Shown here: piece after piece, positions 59,962-64,000 of the stretch
Layout of the letters: every line of letters begins with the position of its first letter
How positions within the stretch are numbered: position 1 is the first letter of the stretch
NCBI GenBank assembly: GCA_043819555.1
Contig: JBDREQ010000020.1
Location: forward strand, 64,001 to 128,000
Direction of reading: 5' to 3'
Length of the DNA stretch: 64,000 nucleotides
Origin: Candidatus Zixiibacteriota bacterium
GTDB lineage: Bacteria > Zixibacteria > MSB-5A5 > GN15 > JAAZOE01
Notes under the pieces: model-generated
Told to the model about the DNA's origin: nothing
The model's database searches: none
The model's input: only the letters and a program-made list of their open reading frames with translations
Program-made: the position numbers and the translations under genes

Positions 59962-60576
59962 ATGAAAAAGGTTTTGGTGTTAGGGTTTGCGTTTTGCCTG
60001 CTAAGCCTTACAGCCCCGTCATTTGGTTACAGTTATTTTGAAATGATTGGCGATAATGATGGTTATGGATATGGTTTGGCTGACAATGCTACGCTGCCGG
60101 CGACCAGTCATCCGTCGGGTAACTGGTTCTTTGATAACCGTTCCGCGGCCGAAATGGCTGCCGCGAATGGCGCTCAATTTACCGATAACGAACCGACTTA
60201 TGTGATTAATGCACTGTTTAGTTTCGCTCCGTTTGCTGCTACAACGTATACCACTGCGATGTTTACAATTGATGTGGCCGGTATCCAGACTTCCAGTTTT
60301 GGTCAGAGCAGACTTTGGTTTGACGGCGTTGAAGTTGCCGGCGCTTTTGCCGGAGTTGAATTGGGCGTTTGGGGCTCTCAGGTATTCACATTTGCTATCC
60401 CAGTCGCAACCTTAACTGACGGTATGTTAAGTGTTGACTACGCTGGTGGTAGCAACGATGCGACCGCGATCGATTTCGTATCAATCGATATCGTTGCCGT
60501 TCCAGAACCGGCTTCAATGGCTCTTTTGGGACTTGGTTTGCTTGGGACTGGTTTGGTTCGCAAATTCAAAAAATAA
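59962..60576 (+). CDS. PEP-CTERM sorting-domain surface protein 1
   Basis: GGAGG RBS, signal peptide MKKVLVLG, C-terminal VPEPASMALLGLGLLGTGLVRKFKK. Confidence 0.93.
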   Translation: MKKVLVLGFAFCLLSLTAPSFGYSYFEMIGDNDGYGYGLADNATLPATSHPSGNWFFDNRSAAEMAAANGAQFTDNEPTYVINALFSFAPFAATTYTTAMFTIDVAGIQTSSFGQSRLWFDGVEVAGAFAGVELGVWGSQVFTFAIPVATLTDGMLSVDYAGGSNDATAIDFVSIDIVAVPEPASMALLGLGLLGTGLVRKFKK

Positions 60577-60595
60577 CATGAGTTCGAATAGTGAG

Positions 60596-60627
60596 AAAAT
60601 ACCGCCTTTAGGGGCGGTATTTTTTTT
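60596..60627 (+). terminator. Intrinsic terminator
   Basis: AAAATACCGCC-TTTAGG-GGCGGTATTTTTTTT. Confidence 0.88.
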
Positions 60628-60711
60628 GGATATTAAGTTTTTGCTAAAATTGTCAATTATTTTTCTGTTTTTCCTCAGACAATAATTAATTCGAGTTTTC
60701 CATTCTGAAAG

Positions 60712-60902
60712 CGTTCAAAGTTTGAACAGTAGCAAAACCGCTATAAGTTATTACAGTATAATGATATAGGCGATAGGCGCAGTCAGGGTCAATTATATTT
60801 GTCGAGTAAACATACAGTTTCACAGGCCAATTTTAAGCTAAAATTTTAAGTTGTTGATTATTAACAGTTTAAATGTTCGATTTAATTGGCATGGGTTTTG
60901 CT
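60712..60902 (+). promoter_or_regulatory. Sigma54 promoter with IHF site and two 17-bp upstream activator-like sites (PEP-CTERM gene 2)
   Basis: TGGCAT-GGGTT-TTGCT (60887-60902); IHF-like AATCAA-CAAC-TTA on minus (60847-60859); TGT-N11-ACA at 60800-60816 and CGT-N11-ACA palindrome at 60712-60728. Confidence 0.8.
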
Positions 60903-60951
60903 AGTATTATAATTAAGTAAAATGAAAATAAAATATTTAAGGAGGCTAGTA

Positions 60952-61572
60952 ATGAAAAAGGTTTTGGTATTAGGATTTGCACTTTGTTTGCTTAGCCTGT
61001 CCGCCCCGTCATTTGGTTACAGTTATTTTGAAATGATTGGCGACAATGATGGATTCGGATATGGTATAGCCGACAATGCCACACTTCCGTTTTCTGATGA
61101 TCCATCAACGGGAAATGGCTGGTTCTTTGACAATCGTTCTGCGGCCGAAATGGCTGCCACAAACGGCGCCCAGTTTACTGATGTCGAGCCGCATAATGTC
61201 CTTAGCGCCACCTTTAATTTTAGCCCATTTGCCGCATCCGCGTTTCATGAAGGCACATTCATGATTGATCTGGCCGGCATTCAGACTGCTGATTTGGGTC
61301 AAAGCAGACTCTGGTTTGACGGTGTTGAAGTATTCAATGCTTTTGCCGGAGTTGAAATGGGTGCCTGGGGCTCTCAGGTATTCACGTTTTCTCTCGGCGC
61401 GTTAACTTTGGCTGATGGCATCCTGAATGTTGACTACATGGGCGGTAGCAGTGATGCATCCGCAATTGACTATGCGTCGCTAAAAGTTGTCGCCGTTCCT
61501 GAACCGGCCTCGATGGCTCTTTTGGGACTTGGATTGCTCGGAACTGGTTTGGTTCGCAAATTCAGAAAGTAA
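60952..61572 (+). CDS. PEP-CTERM sorting-domain surface protein 2 (paralog of protein 1)
   Basis: AAGGAGG RBS, signal peptide, VPEPASMALLGLGLLGTGLVRKFRK. Confidence 0.93.
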   Translation: MKKVLVLGFALCLLSLSAPSFGYSYFEMIGDNDGFGYGIADNATLPFSDDPSTGNGWFFDNRSAAEMAATNGAQFTDVEPHNVLSATFNFSPFAASAFHEGTFMIDLAGIQTADLGQSRLWFDGVEVFNAFAGVEMGAWGSQVFTFSLGALTLADGILNVDYMGGSSDASAIDYASLKVVAVPEPASMALLGLGLLGTGLVRKFRK

Positions 61573-61591
61573 TACGAGTTTAATGAACGTT

Positions 61592-61623
61592 AAAATGCCG
61601 CCTTTAGGGGCGGCATTTTTTTT
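61592..61623. terminator. Intrinsic (probably bidirectional) terminator
   Basis: AAAATGCCGCC-TTTAGG-GGCGGCATTTTTTTT. Confidence 0.88.
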
Positions 61624-61650
61624 GGATATTTTTTTCTAAACATCGCTGGA

Positions 61651-64000
61651 TTATTTTTTTAGGTTTTCCTCAAACAATTTATATATGCGTCTATATTCGT
61701 CGATCCAATTCTCTTCCTTCCGGAAAGTATGTCCATCGAGAGGGTATGAAGCCAGCTCCCAATTATCCTTACCCAGTTCGATTAATCTCTGGCAGAGGCG
61801 GACAATATCCTGATATTGAACATTCCTGTCGAGCATCCCGTGACACATTAATAGCGCACCTTGAAAACCTTCGGCATAATAAATAGGCGAGCTTCGAATA
61901 TAAGCGATGCTATCCAAATGGGGGACATTCAGGATATTGGAAGTATATTCATGATTATAATGAGCCCAGTCGGTAACAGCGCGGAGGGCCGCCCCGGCTT
62001 TGAAAACTTCCGGTTCTTTAAAGAGTGCCATAAGGGTTAAGAACCCTCCGTAAGATCCGCCGTAAATCCCGATTCGAGTTGAATCGACGCCATAAGTGGA
62101 AATTAGATATTGGGCGCCATCAACATAGTCATCCAAATCTTTCCCGCCCATATTACGATAAATGCCCGTTCGCCAATCTCGCCCGTATCCGGCGCTTCCA
62201 CGATAGTCAACATCAAGAACGATGTAGCCGTTATCGACCAGTAAATTGTGAAACATGTATTCCCGGTAATAACCACTCCACCGTTTGTGGGCGTTTTGCA
62301 AGTAGCCGGCGCCATGGACAAACATTACCGCCGGCGCGCCGGGGTTCAGGTTGTCCGGCTTATACAATCGGGCATAAATAATCATGGAATCCCGGGCCAT
62401 AAATGTAACTATTTCCGGAGTTCTCCACGGATATGTTAAAAATTCATCGGTAAGAGAAGAGGTGATTTTTCTCATGGGTGCGCCGGGATTATTTTCCATA
62501 AGGTACAATTCAGGGGGATGAGTTGGAGTTGAATAAAGAATGGCCAGAGTTTTTTCATCTGGTGAAATAGAGATATTATAGCCCCCGCTAAGCGTCGAAA
62601 TGCGCTCTCGGTTGCCACCCAGTAATTTCATCCGATAGAATTGTTGTTCCCCGGGGTGAATTTCATTCGAGATAAAATACCAATATTCTTTATATCGAGA
62701 CATTTCAAGATCTCGAATTTCAAAGGGACCTGAAGTCAGTTGAATTTTCTGACCGGAATTTACGCTGACAGTATAAAGATGCGAATACCCTGTTTCCTCC
62801 GATTGGAACCAAATTGATTGATTGTCGGGGAGCCATCCGATACTCCGTCCATACCATCCATCGATTCCGGGTCCCCCGATCCAGGCCTCATCATGTTGAC
62901 GGTCGAGCAATTTCAAACTTCCGTCGGATAAATTTAAAAGCATAATCCAACGGTCTTTATTGTCCAAAGACATTATTTCAACGACGGCTTGCGTGCCGTC
63001 GTCAGACCAGACCGGGTCATAGATTATAATTTCACGTTTCAAAGGCCGGTTGGCAGTATCGGAAAGGGAAGGATAATCCGCATAATACTCCAGCTGATCA
63101 AAAATGCCGGGAATACTATCGGTTTCGACATAGTAAACAGTGTCCTTCCCAATATTATAAATTCCAAATTCATAAGTTGATCCCGGCCGTCCAACCTTGG
63201 TACGAGAATTAATATCCTCGGTAAAGCCGCTTCGAGTAACATAGTTTGGAACGATTGTTTCCGGGGATTCGGAAGGGCTTAGTGTTAGGCGAAAGGTAAT
63301 AAATCTCTCATCCGGGCTCAAATTAAGATTTGATTGTCGTTTTCCACCCAAAAATATCTTGTGTGGTCGGTCTGAGTTTTTTTTGTTACGAGATTGATTT
63401 ACTTTTTCATCACTCTTATTTTTCTTTTGAAATGATTGAAAAAGATTTTTTTGCTGGTCACTCAACCACTTTTCGTGTTCAGATTTTCCCCCTCCTCTCT
63501 GTTTACTTTCTGAATCCTCCTGGAAATCGGTCAATTGGCGGACAGTTCCATCATTAATGTCCCACATGAAGAGATTACCATCGTTCAGGTAGGTTATACT
63601 TAATTCATCATGCGTGAAACGGGGACTGGATTCACGGCGGACAGTGTTTGTGATTTGTAAAGTAGAATTGTCCCTAAGGTTATATAAGAAAATATCGCCG
63701 TCACGTTCATATAGTTTACGTTTTCGATTTTTGTCATAATGACCATAACGGGACGGCTGGGCGTCGATTTCATCCGAAGAAACTATATGGGGTTTATTCC
63801 CGTCGATGTCTATAACATACAAGGAGTCTTCGTTGGAATTTTCAGGATTCCAACGAAAATAGACTCTTTTACCATGTTCGCCCCAGTAAGCGTTCTTAGG
63901 CCAATTTCCCATCCAGGCGCGATCGCGCATGATTTTTTTGACCGTTAATGGGGCCAACTGCGTTTTGGTTGATTTTTGTTCGGCAAATGCTGATACAGCC
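61651..64000 (-). CDS. S9 family (DPP IV-like) peptidase, 5'-truncated by window edge
   Basis: Frame stays open to the window end (..AVSAFAEQKSTK..); propeller repeats, FVHGAGYLQN, DYRGSAGYGRDWR, GGSYGG, DRNV, GHTF. Confidence 0.92.
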   Translation of the reverse strand, partial: AVSAFAEQKSTKTQLAPLTVKKIMRDRAWMGNWPKNAYWGEHGKRVYFRWNPENSNEDSLYVIDIDGNKPHIVSSDEIDAQPSRYGHYDKNRKRKLYERDGDIFLYNLRDNSTLQITNTVRRESSPRFTHDELSITYLNDGNLFMWDINDGTVRQLTDFQEDSESKQRGGGKSEHEKWLSDQQKNLFQSFQKKNKSDEKVNQSRNKKNSDRPHKIFLGGKRQSNLNLSPDERFITFRLTLSPSESPETIVPNYVTRSGFTEDINSRTKVGRPGSTYEFGIYNIGKDTVYYVETDSIPGIFDQLEYYADYPSLSDTANRPLKREIIIYDPVWSDDGTQAVVEIMSLDNKDRWIMLLNLSDGSLKLLDRQHDEAWIGGPGIDGWYGRSIGWLPDNQSIWFQSEETGYSHLYTVSVNSGQKIQLTSGPFEIRDLEMSRYKEYWYFISNEIHPGEQQFYRMKLLGGNRERISTLSGGYNISISPDEKTLAILYSTPTHPPELYLMENNPGAPMRKITSSLTDEFLTYPWRTPEIVTFMARDSMIIYARLYKPDNLNPGAPAVMFVHGAGYLQNAHKRWSGYYREYMFHNLLVDNGYIVLDVDYRGSAGYGRDWRTGIYRNMGGKDLDDYVDGAQYLISTYGVDSTRIGIYGGSYGGFLTLMALFKEPEVFKAGAALRAVTDWAHYNHEYTSNILNVPHLDSIAYIRSSPIYYAEGFQGALLMCHGMLDRNVQYQDIVRLCQRLIELGKDNWELASYPLDGHTFRKEENWIDEYRRIYKLFEENLKK

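Overview
Bacterial chromosomal window, gene-dense, no rRNA/tRNA/CRISPR/transposase seen. Protein signatures (type-I dockerin repeats ending in GGPPP, PorV/UPF0164 barrel, DUF2723, DUF4159/DUF4175) suggest an FCB-superphylum organism, most likely Zixibacteria (inference). 1-29.6 kb is mostly housekeeping/envelope: GT-C glycosyltransferase, secA, rsgA, mlaD, GH57, Fe-ADH, yajC-def-fmt-rng, ftsE-ftsX-envC-holB, DUF2723, DUF4159-DUF4175-TPR, fba. 29.6-44.6 kb is accessory: omptin protease, CDF transporter, and the best candidate for an undescribed system. That is a divergent locus in which an orphan substrate-binding protein, a membrane histidine kinase and a phosphorelay with no output domain face a TonB-dependent receptor, a secreted protein with a T9SS-like C-terminal domain and a dedicated PorV-like barrel. 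Both arms are preceded by matching sigma28-like promoter sequences. 44.7-64 kb holds rpmB, an archaeal-type DRG GTPase, a cluster of REP-like palindromes, a dockerin-tagged beta-propeller, several peptidases/amidase, and two tandem PEP-CTERM genes. The PEP-CTERM promoters keep an identically spaced sigma54/IHF/enhancer layout. The FtsE homologue has lost four ABC catalytic motifs and looks like a pseudo-ATPase. All family calls are motif recognition by eye, not database searches.
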